This document shows positions 8,357 to 17,242 of a stretch of DNA of 64,000 bases, piece by piece; the first letter of the stretch is position 1, and every line of letters begins with the position of its first letter. The notes under the pieces were generated by a model, which did not search any database, was not told where the DNA came from, and saw nothing but the letters and a program-made list of their open reading frames with translations. Source of the stretch: Patescibacteria group bacterium (lineage in GTDB: Bacteria > Patescibacteriota > WWE3 > UBA101185 > UBA10185). Position numbers and translations under genes: made by a program. Where the stretch lies: positions 238,619 through 302,618 of the forward strand of contig JAHJEV010000003.1 of the NCBI GenBank assembly GCA_018825365.1. Direction: 5' to 3'.

Positions 8357-9505
8357 ATGAAACTAATGAAAATCGGACTTAATGGACAAAAACTATTGAT
8401 AGACAGCCCAGCCGGACCTGAAAAGTATACATACAACCTATTCCAAGCTCTTGCGAAAATAGATAAAAAAAATAAGTATATTATTTATCTGGATAAAAAA
8501 CCGGGTAAGGAGTGGTTCAAAAACCTAACTTGCAACAATCCAAATTGCTCATACGTTGTTATTCCTAATACACTTTTTTGGACACAGATAAATTTGGCTG
8601 CCGAGCTTTTAAACAATCCTCCGGATGTGTTTTTCACTGCTATTCACACTATCCCAATGGTAAGAAGTTCCAAAACTAAGTTTGTGACTATGATTCACGG
8701 GCTCGAATACAAATACACTGCTGGATACGATAATCCTATATACAGATTCAAAATAGACAGGCCCGTCAAATACACAGCACAACATTCAGATAAAATAATT
8801 GTTCCCTCCCAAGCAACAAAATCAGCTTTGCTAAAACAAACTTGGGGTATTGATAGAGAAAAAATTGAAATCATTTATGAGGGGGTAAACACCAATTTCA
8901 AGAAAAAAACAGTAAAAGATGTGAATCTTATAAGAGAGAGGTATGAAATTGGGCAGTCGTCCTACCTTCTTTTTGTCTCAACTATCCAACCCAGAAAAAA
9001 TATTCCAAACACCGTTGCAGCCTTTTCAAAATTAATAAAGGAAAACACAAAATTCAAAGACACAAAGCTTTTACTAGCAGGAAAGTTTGGTTGGGATTTT
9101 AATGAGTCTTTGGACTCACCTAAAAAATATGGGGTCGAGAAAAATGTACTGTTTTTAGGCAGAGTTTTAGATGAAGACCTTCCGTCTTTGTTCTCAGGAG
9201 CCAAAGGATACATAAACATGTCTTTAGAGGAAGGGTTTGGCCTTCCTCTGTTGGAGGCAATGTCGTGCGAAACCCCCTGTTTGGTTTCTGATATTCCCGC
9301 GTTTGATGAAATAGGAAGTGGATTTCCAGTTTTTGCCGATCCAAACGATATAGAAAACATAAAAGAAGGAATGATAACAATACTTTCAGGTAAGGTCTCT
9401 GATGAGCATAGAAAGGAATCAAGAAAATATGCTCAATCATTCACGTGGGAAAATACGGCAAAAAGGACGCTAGCTGTTTTGGAGAATCTCGTTAAAAACG
9501 CCTAA
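8357..9505 (+). CDS. Glycosyltransferase family 4
   Basis: TIQPRKN and EEGFGLPLLEAMSCETP motifs. Start may be ATG 8366. Confidence 0.93.
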   Translation: MKLMKIGLNGQKLLIDSPAGPEKYTYNLFQALAKIDKKNKYIIYLDKKPGKEWFKNLTCNNPNCSYVVIPNTLFWTQINLAAELLNNPPDVFFTAIHTIPMVRSSKTKFVTMIHGLEYKYTAGYDNPIYRFKIDRPVKYTAQHSDKIIVPSQATKSALLKQTWGIDREKIEIIYEGVNTNFKKKTVKDVNLIRERYEIGQSSYLLFVSTIQPRKNIPNTVAAFSKLIKENTKFKDTKLLLAGKFGWDFNESLDSPKKYGVEKNVLFLGRVLDEDLPSLFSGAKGYINMSLEEGFGLPLLEAMSCETPCLVSDIPAFDEIGSGFPVFADPNDIENIKEGMITILSGKVSDEHRKESRKYAQSFTWENTAKRTLAVLENLVKNA

Positions 9506-10633
9506 AGTTTGATCTGCGGTCTTATCCCAACTGTACTTCATAATATTTTTGTAACCCTTATTTATAAGATCCTGTCTAAGATCAGCGTCTGTAATAAGTA
9601 AGTTAATCTTCTCCGCCATGTCATCAATGTTTAGCGGATCAAAGTATAAAACTGAATCACTATAAACTTCCTTGTGAATTGGAATATCAGAAATTACACA
9701 AGCTTTACCGAAATACTGAGCCTCCATAGGGGTCAAACTAAATCCCTCTTTTAATGATGGGAAAATGTAAGCTTCACATTCTTTTCTCATACCGCAGGTC
9801 TCCTCGTCAGTTATGTATTCCCTCATCCCGGGCAACAACACTCTTTCACCAAGCCCCATACTAAAAACCAGCTGACTGATGTTTTCGGAAAATTTATCCT
9901 TTTTGCCAACAAGTACAAGCTGACCGTTGTAATTATATTTCTTAATCAAGACCTCAAATGCTTGGATTAAACGAGGAACATTTTTATGTTCATACATGCT
10001 GCTTATATACAAAAGAAATGGTTTGTTGATTCCAAACTTATCCAAGACTTCATATCCCCTACTCACATCAGCGATTTTTATATCCGGATCTATCCCTTCT
10101 TGGGCGATTACATATTTATCTTTGGAGGTTTGAGGGTAGTATTTGAGAAAATCTTCAAGAACGGTTTGGGCTGGAACAATAATTTTTTTGGACTTTACTA
10201 CTGCCCATTTAAACACCAGTTTATAAACTAGTTTTTTAAGTTTGAAATATGGTTTGAAAAGAGTTGTACCTTTTTCCGTGCTAAATGTATGCATTATTAA
10301 ATCGGGAATAGCGGTAACTAATTTTCCCGGATACAAAACAGGAATATTAAAATGTGGAACATATAAAAGATCTAATTTATATTTGAGTATTTTAAACAAA
10401 AATCTAAACTGCTCATCAAATGAATACCATTTATAGTCCGCTAACACTTTTTCAAAATTGGGATTCTCAGGTTTATAAGCATTAAATCCTTGCGGGCGTA
10501 GAAACACAACGTATCTGTTTAAACCATCTATTCTTTCCAAATGAGTGAGAATGTTTTTTGTGTACCTTCCAGGACCGGCTTCCCCATAGAATCTTGCGTC
10601 AATTCCAATTCTCTTTTGTTTTTCGCTTCTCAC
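9470..10633 (-). CDS. Glycosyltransferase family 4
   Basis: RIGIDARF, HKNVPRLI and PSLKEGFSLTPMEA motifs; GTG start. Confidence 0.92.
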   Translation of the reverse strand: MRSEKQKRIGIDARFYGEAGPGRYTKNILTHLERIDGLNRYVVFLRPQGFNAYKPENPNFEKVLADYKWYSFDEQFRFLFKILKYKLDLLYVPHFNIPVLYPGKLVTAIPDLIMHTFSTEKGTTLFKPYFKLKKLVYKLVFKWAVVKSKKIIVPAQTVLEDFLKYYPQTSKDKYVIAQEGIDPDIKIADVSRGYEVLDKFGINKPFLLYISSMYEHKNVPRLIQAFEVLIKKYNYNGQLVLVGKKDKFSENISQLVFSMGLGERVLLPGMREYITDEETCGMRKECEAYIFPSLKEGFSLTPMEAQYFGKACVISDIPIHKEVYSDSVLYFDPLNIDDMAEKINLLITDADLRQDLINKGYKNIMKYSWDKTADQTLGVFNEILQNS

Positions 10634-10666
10634 ACCTTCATTTTATATGTGTTTGGGATTTGAAGC

Positions 10667-10705
10667 AAAAAAAGGAGGATAAGCTTCTACAAACAAGATA
10701 CCCTC
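10667..10705 (-). terminator. Putative terminator of the CDP-sugar operon
   Basis: Minus strand GAGGGTATCTT...AAGCTTATCCTC followed by CTTTTTTT. Confidence 0.5.
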
Positions 10706-11273
10706 AAGATAGACCATGAGTACTTTTAAACTGCTTTAGAGCAAACTTTATTGGTCCCAACTCACTCTTAATAACCCGAGGGTTTTCTCCTAAGCCACCA
10801 ACGTCTAGCCACTCAGAACCTTCCGATACTGTAGAATCGTCAGGTATTTGAGCCAAGTAGCACTGTACAACATCGGGACCACGCTTTGAGAGCTGGGGAA
10901 GTACCCCTACAAATATCGGATCTCCAACAAAATTACATTTTAATTCCTCGTGTTGAATTCTCTGGAATGCCCCATTTATTGGATTACCATCCTCTCTTAA
11001 GAAATCCATTCTTCTCAAAAGTTGTCCTGGGGAGTTAAGCATTCCTTCCCAAATAATATCTCGAGGGGGTCTTGGTAGAAGAAGAACTTGCACTTTCCCA
11101 TCATATAAACGAAATACGATAGTCTCTATAGCTGGCTGCGGAATAGCATAAGCTAACCAATTTAAGACCTTGGGGGAGAACCTTCCCCCTCCCGCGTCGG
11201 CCCACTTCTTTAATATGCAACAAAGTATCTCGTCCTCTTGGGGGGACAAACCCTCAGTTAAATCTTCAAACAT
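10704..11273 (-). CDS. NUDIX-fold protein, resembling GDP-mannose mannosyl hydrolase (Gmm/WcaH)
   Basis: PAIETIVFR..VLLLPR..W..PGQLLR..AFQRIQHEEL, a degenerate Nudix box similar to the Gmm AFERLTMAEL segment. Last gene of the NDP-sugar operon. Confidence 0.55.
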   Translation of the reverse strand: MFEDLTEGLSPQEDEILCCILKKWADAGGGRFSPKVLNWLAYAIPQPAIETIVFRLYDGKVQVLLLPRPPRDIIWEGMLNSPGQLLRRMDFLREDGNPINGAFQRIQHEELKCNFVGDPIFVGVLPQLSKRGPDVVQCYLAQIPDDSTVSEGSEWLDVGGLGENPRVIKSELGPIKFALKQFKSTHGLS

Positions 11274-11276
11274 ATA

Positions 11277-12281
11277 TTATTCAGCAGGCCTAAACCACCT
11301 TCCTTGTTTGTAACCCACAGAATCCCAAAAAAAGTCGGCGGGGCTTAATTTTTTATAAAACCATAAAGGTGCCCGATGATAAGAAAGTCTACCAAGCTGG
11401 TACCCCAACCATCCCATCGCAAGTTGAAAAAATGCAGTAGGAAACATTTTAAGTTCATTCTTTAAAACATATTGTAGAAGCCCCGCTGCATACCCTACTC
11501 CCCTTTTTTGATCCCCCCCGGTACCAAAATTAATTACTTTTTCCCACTGCTTTCTATACATCCCGGTATCAAAATGCCTAATAAACTCTTTCTTTGGTCC
11601 GTAATTGTGTGAGTGACTTACAACCGCATCCGCTACATACGCTATTTTATGACCCTTTTTAAGTAGCATCGCCGCGGCAATTGCGTCTTCGCCTGACAAG
11701 ACCCATCTAAACCCTCCTATTTCATCCAATGCTTTACTAAGATACGCGGTGCAAGCGTCAGAGCAAAAAGCTGTATATATACCGTATTTACCAGCATCCC
11801 TAGCACTTCTGATATTGCCTTCTTCTGGAAAACTAAACATTCTGCCATATCTCGAAACTATGTTTGCCCCTTCATAAGGAATTTGCTTCGCGTATGCTAT
11901 CGAAGACTTTCCCTCCATAATTGGTCTCACCAATTTCTCAAGCTGGTACTCATCAGTAAAGTAGGCATCGGGAGTCATCATCACAACAATGTCGGTTCCC
12001 AGCTTCTTTCTTGTTCTTTCTCGCGCCTCACCATGATTCATCTCAGTTCTTGGTATTGAAAATACTTCCATACCAAACTTTCTTGCCTCACCCACAGTAC
12101 CGTCATTAGTAGGTTTTATAGTACCGTCGTCCTCAAAATCAGAATTAAACACTATTACTTTGGGCTTTAAAGGGGAGTCTAGCAGCGGAGGTAAACACTT
12201 CTCCAGATGTTTTTTATCTTTATACGTAATAATGCCGACACCAACAGTCATATTTTTATTGTCTTGGTTAGTTTGTTCCAT
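11277..12281 (-). CDS. Glycosyltransferase family 2 (rhamnosyltransferase-like)
   Basis: NHGEARE, MTPDA, AYAKQIP, SGED, HSHNY and RHFDTG motifs. Confidence 0.88.
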   Translation of the reverse strand: MEQTNQDNKNMTVGVGIITYKDKKHLEKCLPPLLDSPLKPKVIVFNSDFEDDGTIKPTNDGTVGEARKFGMEVFSIPRTEMNHGEARERTRKKLGTDIVVMMTPDAYFTDEYQLEKLVRPIMEGKSSIAYAKQIPYEGANIVSRYGRMFSFPEEGNIRSARDAGKYGIYTAFCSDACTAYLSKALDEIGGFRWVLSGEDAIAAAMLLKKGHKIAYVADAVVSHSHNYGPKKEFIRHFDTGMYRKQWEKVINFGTGGDQKRGVGYAAGLLQYVLKNELKMFPTAFFQLAMGWLGYQLGRLSYHRAPLWFYKKLSPADFFWDSVGYKQGRWFRPAE

Positions 12282-13223
12282 TTATTTTCTATAATGGGAT
12301 ATGTAAAACTCAGCAAGGTCGTCCCAAGCAGTTTTTTCGTCCCAGCCCAATTCTTTAGCATTTAACTTTGTTGTGTTTACCCTCTTGCGTGGTTGTGGAA
12401 AATCAACTTGATCAAATATCTCTATTGGACAATCTACGTTCAACCTTATTTTCATTTCATCTGCAAATTGCTTTCCAAAATCTCCCTGACTCTTAACATA
12501 TTGACTTGGATTTATTCTCAACACACCTTTTTGCGAAATCAAGGATTCGGCAAATTCCTTATATGCCTTAGCAAGTAGAGAAACATGCATGTTGTCTCTA
12601 ATATACTTGGGAGTTTTTATCTTGGGCACTTCTTTTTTCAACCAAGATTCTATTAAATAAGAGGTAAATGTTGGAGATGGTTCCTCATAAGGACCGAAAG
12701 GATTCGGAATAACAAATTTTCCAATACTCATTCCCTTTGCTTGTGTATAATATTTAAATATTTCCCAAGTTAGCCCTTTGGATAACCCGTATGGTGAAAA
12801 CGCATTGAGAGGCTCATCCCCACTTCCCTCGTTTTGCTCGAATAAACTACCTGTGACGAGTAGATGGTCGCAATCCTGTTCTTTAAGAGAGTCTAAAACT
12901 TCAGAGATATTTAAGGTGTTACCTTGTAGTGCCTTTATAACATTAAAATCCGGCGATCGATAGTTTGTAACATCCGCGGCATGGTGACAAAACAAATCCC
13001 ATTTGGATGATTTAATCAAAGCAATAAATTCATCGTCACCAAAGTATTTCCCAATAACTGGGGTACATAAACTTTGTAGCAAAGCTACTCGTTCCTTTCT
13101 TATACCCTCAAACCCTTCTGGCTTTTGCTGGAAATGTGCGACAACTTCATGACCTGCACCATGTAACTCTTTAATAAACCAATAGCCCGTAAATGAACTT
13201 GAACCGTCAAATAGTATTTTCAT
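12282..13223 (-). CDS. NAD(P)-dependent sugar epimerase/4-reductase (extended SDR)
   Basis: Non-canonical Rossmann motif DGSSSFTG, catalytic YGLSK and PNPFGPYE. Confidence 0.85.
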   Translation of the reverse strand: MKILFDGSSSFTGYWFIKELHGAGHEVVAHFQQKPEGFEGIRKERVALLQSLCTPVIGKYFGDDEFIALIKSSKWDLFCHHAADVTNYRSPDFNVIKALQGNTLNISEVLDSLKEQDCDHLLVTGSLFEQNEGSGDEPLNAFSPYGLSKGLTWEIFKYYTQAKGMSIGKFVIPNPFGPYEEPSPTFTSYLIESWLKKEVPKIKTPKYIRDNMHVSLLAKAYKEFAESLISQKGVLRINPSQYVKSQGDFGKQFADEMKIRLNVDCPIEIFDQVDFPQPRKRVNTTKLNAKELGWDEKTAWDDLAEFYISHYRK

Positions 13224-13786
13224 AAACTAACTGTATCCATACCCTGCAAATGCCATGCAGGATCAAAATCGGTTTGTTTGGAATCCTTTTCTGAAATATG
13301 TTTCGGTTCATAAGGCCACTTTAAATCAAATTTCGGATCATTCCATCTTATTATTCTTTCTTTGTCGAGAGTATAAAACTCACTCACTAGATATAGAAAC
13401 TCTGTATCTTTTTCCATGGTCATAAAACCATGGGCAAAACCCTTTGGGATGTACATCATTCTCCTATTTTCCGCCGTAAGCTCTATACCAAAAGACTTAC
13501 CAAAAGTAAGAGAACCAGACCTAAGATCTAAAGACATATCATAAGTAGCACCTTTTAAACATCTGGCAACTCTGATTTCCGCAGCGGGGGGAAGTTGGTA
13601 GTGCATACCTCGGAGTGTGTGCCTTTCTTTTGTTAATGAATTATTAATTTGAACTATTTTTCCTTCTAAACCATGATTTTTGAATTGATTTTCACAATAA
13701 AAACGGGCAAAGAAGCCTCGTTCATCTTCCCTTTTCTCCAAATCAATTATGAACAATCCAGGAATTGGGGTTTCTGTAAATATCAT
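13220..13786 (-). CDS. rfbC: NDP-4-keto-6-deoxyhexose 3,5-epimerase (RmlC/RfbC family)
   Basis: DERGFF, LRGMHYQ, PKGFAHGF, WNDP and ISEKD motifs. Confidence 0.93.
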   Translation of the reverse strand: MIFTETPIPGLFIIDLEKREDERGFFARFYCENQFKNHGLEGKIVQINNSLTKERHTLRGMHYQLPPAAEIRVARCLKGATYDMSLDLRSGSLTFGKSFGIELTAENRRMMYIPKGFAHGFMTMEKDTEFLYLVSEFYTLDKERIIRWNDPKFDLKWPYEPKHISEKDSKQTDFDPAWHLQGMDTVSL

Positions 13787-14586
13787 AATTCTTTACCTTC
13801 ACCTTTTTCCCAAACAACCCAAGGGGGACTGCCACTTTCCCACAGCTTATTAAGACTTAGGTAATCTTTCATAGTATCCATGCAATGCCAAAAACCATCA
13901 TGCCTATACATGGAAAGTTTCTGATCTTCGGTCAGCCTGATTAGACTATCCTCAATCATTTCGTTTTTTTTGAAGTAAGAAACAGCTTTTTTGTTATAAA
14001 CCTGAAAACCACCATTAATATAATCTCTTAGGATAGGCTTCTTTTCGACAAACGCTGTAACGAGATTGTCCTTATTAAATGTTAGTACCCCATATTTGGA
14101 ATGTGGGTGAACACAAGAAACGGTGGCGTATGTTCCAAATTTTTTCTCTTGCTCCATATGAAAATCCACAAGTCTATTAATATCAATAGTGCTAACCCCA
14201 TCCCCATAGGTAACCATAAAATGGTCTTCTTCCACATGCTCTAAGGCCTGTAAGACCCTGTCTGTTGTCATAGTATCCTCTCCTGTCTCAACAAAAGTAA
14301 TATTGTGGTCGTGGTTGTGGCGTTTATTTAAAAGGGTAGTTTTACCTGTTTTCATATCAAACTTGAAATCGTCACTGTACCTGGAAAGGGTAAGGAAATA
14401 ATCCTTTATTAACTCACCTTTATAACCCAAACACACAATAAAATCCTTGTGACCGTAGTGTGCGTATATATTCATTATGTGTAGCAAAATTGGGTAACTG
14501 CCAATCTTAATAATAGGCTTCGGTTTAAATTCTGTTTCTTCCTGTAATCTCATCCCCCTTCCGCCACAAAGTATAATAGTTTTCAT
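13783..14586 (-). CDS. rfbF: Glucose-1-phosphate cytidylyltransferase
   Basis: LCGGRGMRLQEETEFKPKP, GYKGELIKDYF, TYGDG and HDGFWHCMDT motifs. Start moved to ATG 14586. Confidence 0.92.
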   Translation of the reverse strand: MKTIILCGGRGMRLQEETEFKPKPIIKIGSYPILLHIMNIYAHYGHKDFIVCLGYKGELIKDYFLTLSRYSDDFKFDMKTGKTTLLNKRHNHDHNITFVETGEDTMTTDRVLQALEHVEEDHFMVTYGDGVSTIDINRLVDFHMEQEKKFGTYATVSCVHPHSKYGVLTFNKDNLVTAFVEKKPILRDYINGGFQVYNKKAVSYFKKNEMIEDSLIRLTEDQKLSMYRHDGFWHCMDTMKDYLSLNKLWESGSPPWVVWEKGEGKEL

Positions 14587-14788
14587 ACGTAACATATTAA
14601 CACGTGCAAATTTTTTTGTTAACCAAACAAATTACCTTATTTTCCAGCATCGTTTTCTCATGCCAATCTTATAGTTTATAATTAGTAAACGCGGGTTACA
14701 CCATGGCCAAACATTAAGATTGCACCAAATGAACTTGATTGCTTCCTTGCTCATTTCAACGTAAAATACTAAACATGGAGGAACAAAT

Positions 14789-15940
14789 ATGAATGCTATG
14801 TTCAATAATGTTTTTAATGGAGTAACTGTTCTCATAACGGGTCATACAGGTTTTAAAGGTTCTTGGCTTTGCATATGGTTAGAAAAATTGGGAGCTAAGG
14901 TAGTTGGTTACAGCATAGATATACCTACCACACCATCTAACTTCGACCTATCCAATTTAAATAAACATGTGATTGACATCAGAGGGGACACAAGAGACTT
15001 GCCTAAGCTACAGTCTGTAATAGAAGAGCACAAACCAAAGATAATATTTCACTTAGCCGCTCAAGCTATCGTATTAAAAGCCTATGACAGCCCTAAAGAA
15101 ACCTTCGATACAAACGCCGGGGGAACTGTAAATGTTCTTGAGGCAGTTAGAAAAACCAATTGTGTTGAGATAGTTGTATCAATAACCTCAGACAAGGTGT
15201 ATCACAATAACGAGTGGAATTGGGGTTACAGAGAGACGGATTTACTGGGAGACAAAGATCCGTATGCTGCAAGTAAAGCGATGGCAGAACTTGCTATAGA
15301 ATCTTATAGGAGATCCTACTTCGCTGAAGGTAGCCTCGGAAGTAAAAGGGTAGCGCTATCTTCCACAAGAGCAGGAAATGTTATCGGCGGCGGTGATTTT
15401 GCCGACTACAGACTTGTTCCAGATTCAATGAAAGCATTAATTCTTGGGGAGCCGATTAAAATAAGAAACCCGGCTAACGTTAGACCTTGGCAATTGGTTC
15501 TTGAACCTCTAAGCGGATATTTGTGGTTAGCTGCAAAAATGTTAGGTAACCCAAACGGTGAATACAACAAAGCATGGAACTTCGGTCCCCTTAATACAAA
15601 GGGGGTTACTGCGGGTGAAGTAACTGACACATTAGTAGAGCTGTGGGGGGAGGGGTCTTGGGTAAATACAGGCACAAATCAAGCTGAAAAAGAAGCCGGT
15701 CTTTTGATGCTAGACTGGTCCCTCGCCAACAGAGAGCTGGGTTGGAGACCTGTGTATACAGATAGAGAAACTTTATCTGAGGTAGTTTCGTGGCACAAGG
15801 AGTATGCAAGACAAAACACATCTTCAAGCAGCACATTAGATATGTTTGAGACCTGCAGTAAGCAAATTGATAAATATTCTGAAAGAGCCAAGGAATTAAA
15901 AATTCCATGGGCATTCACAGACACAAATAAGGCAATGTAA
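14789..15940 (+). CDS. rfbG: CDP-glucose 4,6-dehydratase
   Basis: TGHTGFKGSWL, HLAAQ, TSDKVY, DPYAASK and RAGNVIGGGD motifs. Strong GGAGG SD upstream. Confidence 0.96.
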   Translation: MNAMFNNVFNGVTVLITGHTGFKGSWLCIWLEKLGAKVVGYSIDIPTTPSNFDLSNLNKHVIDIRGDTRDLPKLQSVIEEHKPKIIFHLAAQAIVLKAYDSPKETFDTNAGGTVNVLEAVRKTNCVEIVVSITSDKVYHNNEWNWGYRETDLLGDKDPYAASKAMAELAIESYRRSYFAEGSLGSKRVALSSTRAGNVIGGGDFADYRLVPDSMKALILGEPIKIRNPANVRPWQLVLEPLSGYLWLAAKMLGNPNGEYNKAWNFGPLNTKGVTAGEVTDTLVELWGEGSWVNTGTNQAEKEAGLLMLDWSLANRELGWRPVYTDRETLSEVVSWHKEYARQNTSSSSTLDMFETCSKQIDKYSERAKELKIPWAFTDTNKAM

Positions 15941-15946
15941 ATTTCA

Positions 15947-15968
15947 AAACCCCAGGAAACCGGGGTTT
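15947..15968 (+). terminator. Putative terminator after rfbG
   Basis: AAACCCC-AGGAAACC-GGGGTTT hairpin 6 nt after the stop codon. Confidence 0.6.
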
Positions 15969-16012
15969 AGAGTTATCTACAAAAAATACTTATTCTGCTA
16001 ACATATACCCTG

Positions 16013-17242
16013 ATGAGCAAATCCTTCCAAAAAATCGTATTTGTAGGCTTTGGAAACGTATTTAACGCCATATTGGGGTTTGCGTTCATATCCGCATCGG
16101 CAAAGATATTAGACCTTGAATCCTTTGGAAAATACGCTCTTTTGACCACACTTTTAGTTGCCATATCCAAGCTTATAGATTTCGGCACAAATTCCGTTTA
16201 TGTCGCCAGAGCAATATCAACCGAGGACAAAACGCTTAATAATACCTTCTACACTCTAAAAATCATCCTTCTCACGGCGTCCATTCCGGTATCAATGATT
16301 ATTCTCTTAATATTCAGGCTAACTAGCCTCCATCTGACTTTGTATTTCATCTTAGGACTTATTGCCTATTCCATTAATTACACGCTTGCGCCGATTTTCC
16401 AAAAACTGGAAAAATTCACTCACTGGGTTTTGTTAAACACTCTACCGGCATTGATCAAGGGGACATTTGCAATTTTAATGTTTACAAATTTAATTGCGCT
16501 AACTCTTCCACAAGCATTCGGGGTATTTTCACTTTCTCTTTTTGCAAGTGTCTTTTTAGTATTTTTTGTTCCCAAAGAATACAAAGAATTTAAACTTAAT
16601 TTTTCAAAAATAAAAACTATCCTAAAGGAAGCAGCCCCAGCAGGGCTATCCTTACTTATCTACGAGGGCTGGCCATCAATAAGCAACGCCATAGCAAAAA
16701 TAGCTAAAGACTTTTCAAATGTAGGAATATTCGCCATTGCAGAAAAAATTACAAGCATATTGGCCTTAGCATCAGTGTCTGTATTTACAGTTCTTCTTCC
16801 AAAAAACGCTTACAGGAAAAAACAAAAAGAAAATTACGATTTTAAAGAGATTTTTATGATATCTGCTCTTATACTTTTAAGTGCTTTTATAGGTATCTTT
16901 ATCTCTAAGTTCTTTATTTTAAGATTCCTGGGAGATAAATTCTCAGATTCTATCCCGCTTCTTGGATTCTTGATATTCGCAAGTGCCTTTACCGCGATAC
17001 ACAATTTTATGGAACATTACTTTTTCATTGAAGCCAAAACCAAATACATAATGTTTTTGAATGTCGGAAAACTGGCCTTGTTTTTAATCCTATCTGCCAT
17101 ACTCACACCTGCTTACTCTCTACAAGGATTGGCCATAGCAAATGTTATAGCAGCTCTGGCAGCTCTTGTTGCCACCACACTTATAATAAGTAAGCATCAA
17201 AAAAGAAGGTCTGTTTTAGAAGATAATCTAATACTTAACTAA
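16013..17242 (+). CDS. Wzx-like oligosaccharide flippase
   Basis: About 12 TM segments; 'LDLESFGKY', 'DFG' and 'VGIFAIAEK' patterns of MOP-superfamily flippases. Confidence 0.85.
   Translation: MSKSFQKIVFVGFGNVFNAILGFAFISASAKILDLESFGKYALLTTLLVAISKLIDFGTNSVYVARAISTEDKTLNNTFYTLKIILLTASIPVSMIILLIFRLTSLHLTLYFILGLIAYSINYTLAPIFQKLEKFTHWVLLNTLPALIKGTFAILMFTNLIALTLPQAFGVFSLSLFASVFLVFFVPKEYKEFKLNFSKIKTILKEAAPAGLSLLIYEGWPSISNAIAKIAKDFSNVGIFAIAEKITSILALASVSVFTVLLPKNAYRKKQKENYDFKEIFMISALILLSAFIGIFISKFFILRFLGDKFSDSIPLLGFLIFASAFTAIHNFMEHYFFIEAKTKYIMFLNVGKLALFLILSAILTPAYSLQGLAIANVIAALAALVATTLIISKHQKRRSVLEDNLILN

Noticed and set aside
11513-11519. Homopolymer runs (C7 in the GT2, A9 near 40040, G6 near 25551) as phase-variation tracts
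   Set aside because: They are short for an AT-rich genome and the GT genes are in frame; there is no evidence of slippage without reads.
14587-14788. rfbF/rfbG divergent spacer examined for a JUMPstart/ops element, riboswitch or leader peptide (ATGGCCAAACATTAA)
   Set aside because: No GGCGGTAG ops motif or convincing structure, and a 4-codon ORF is expected by chance.
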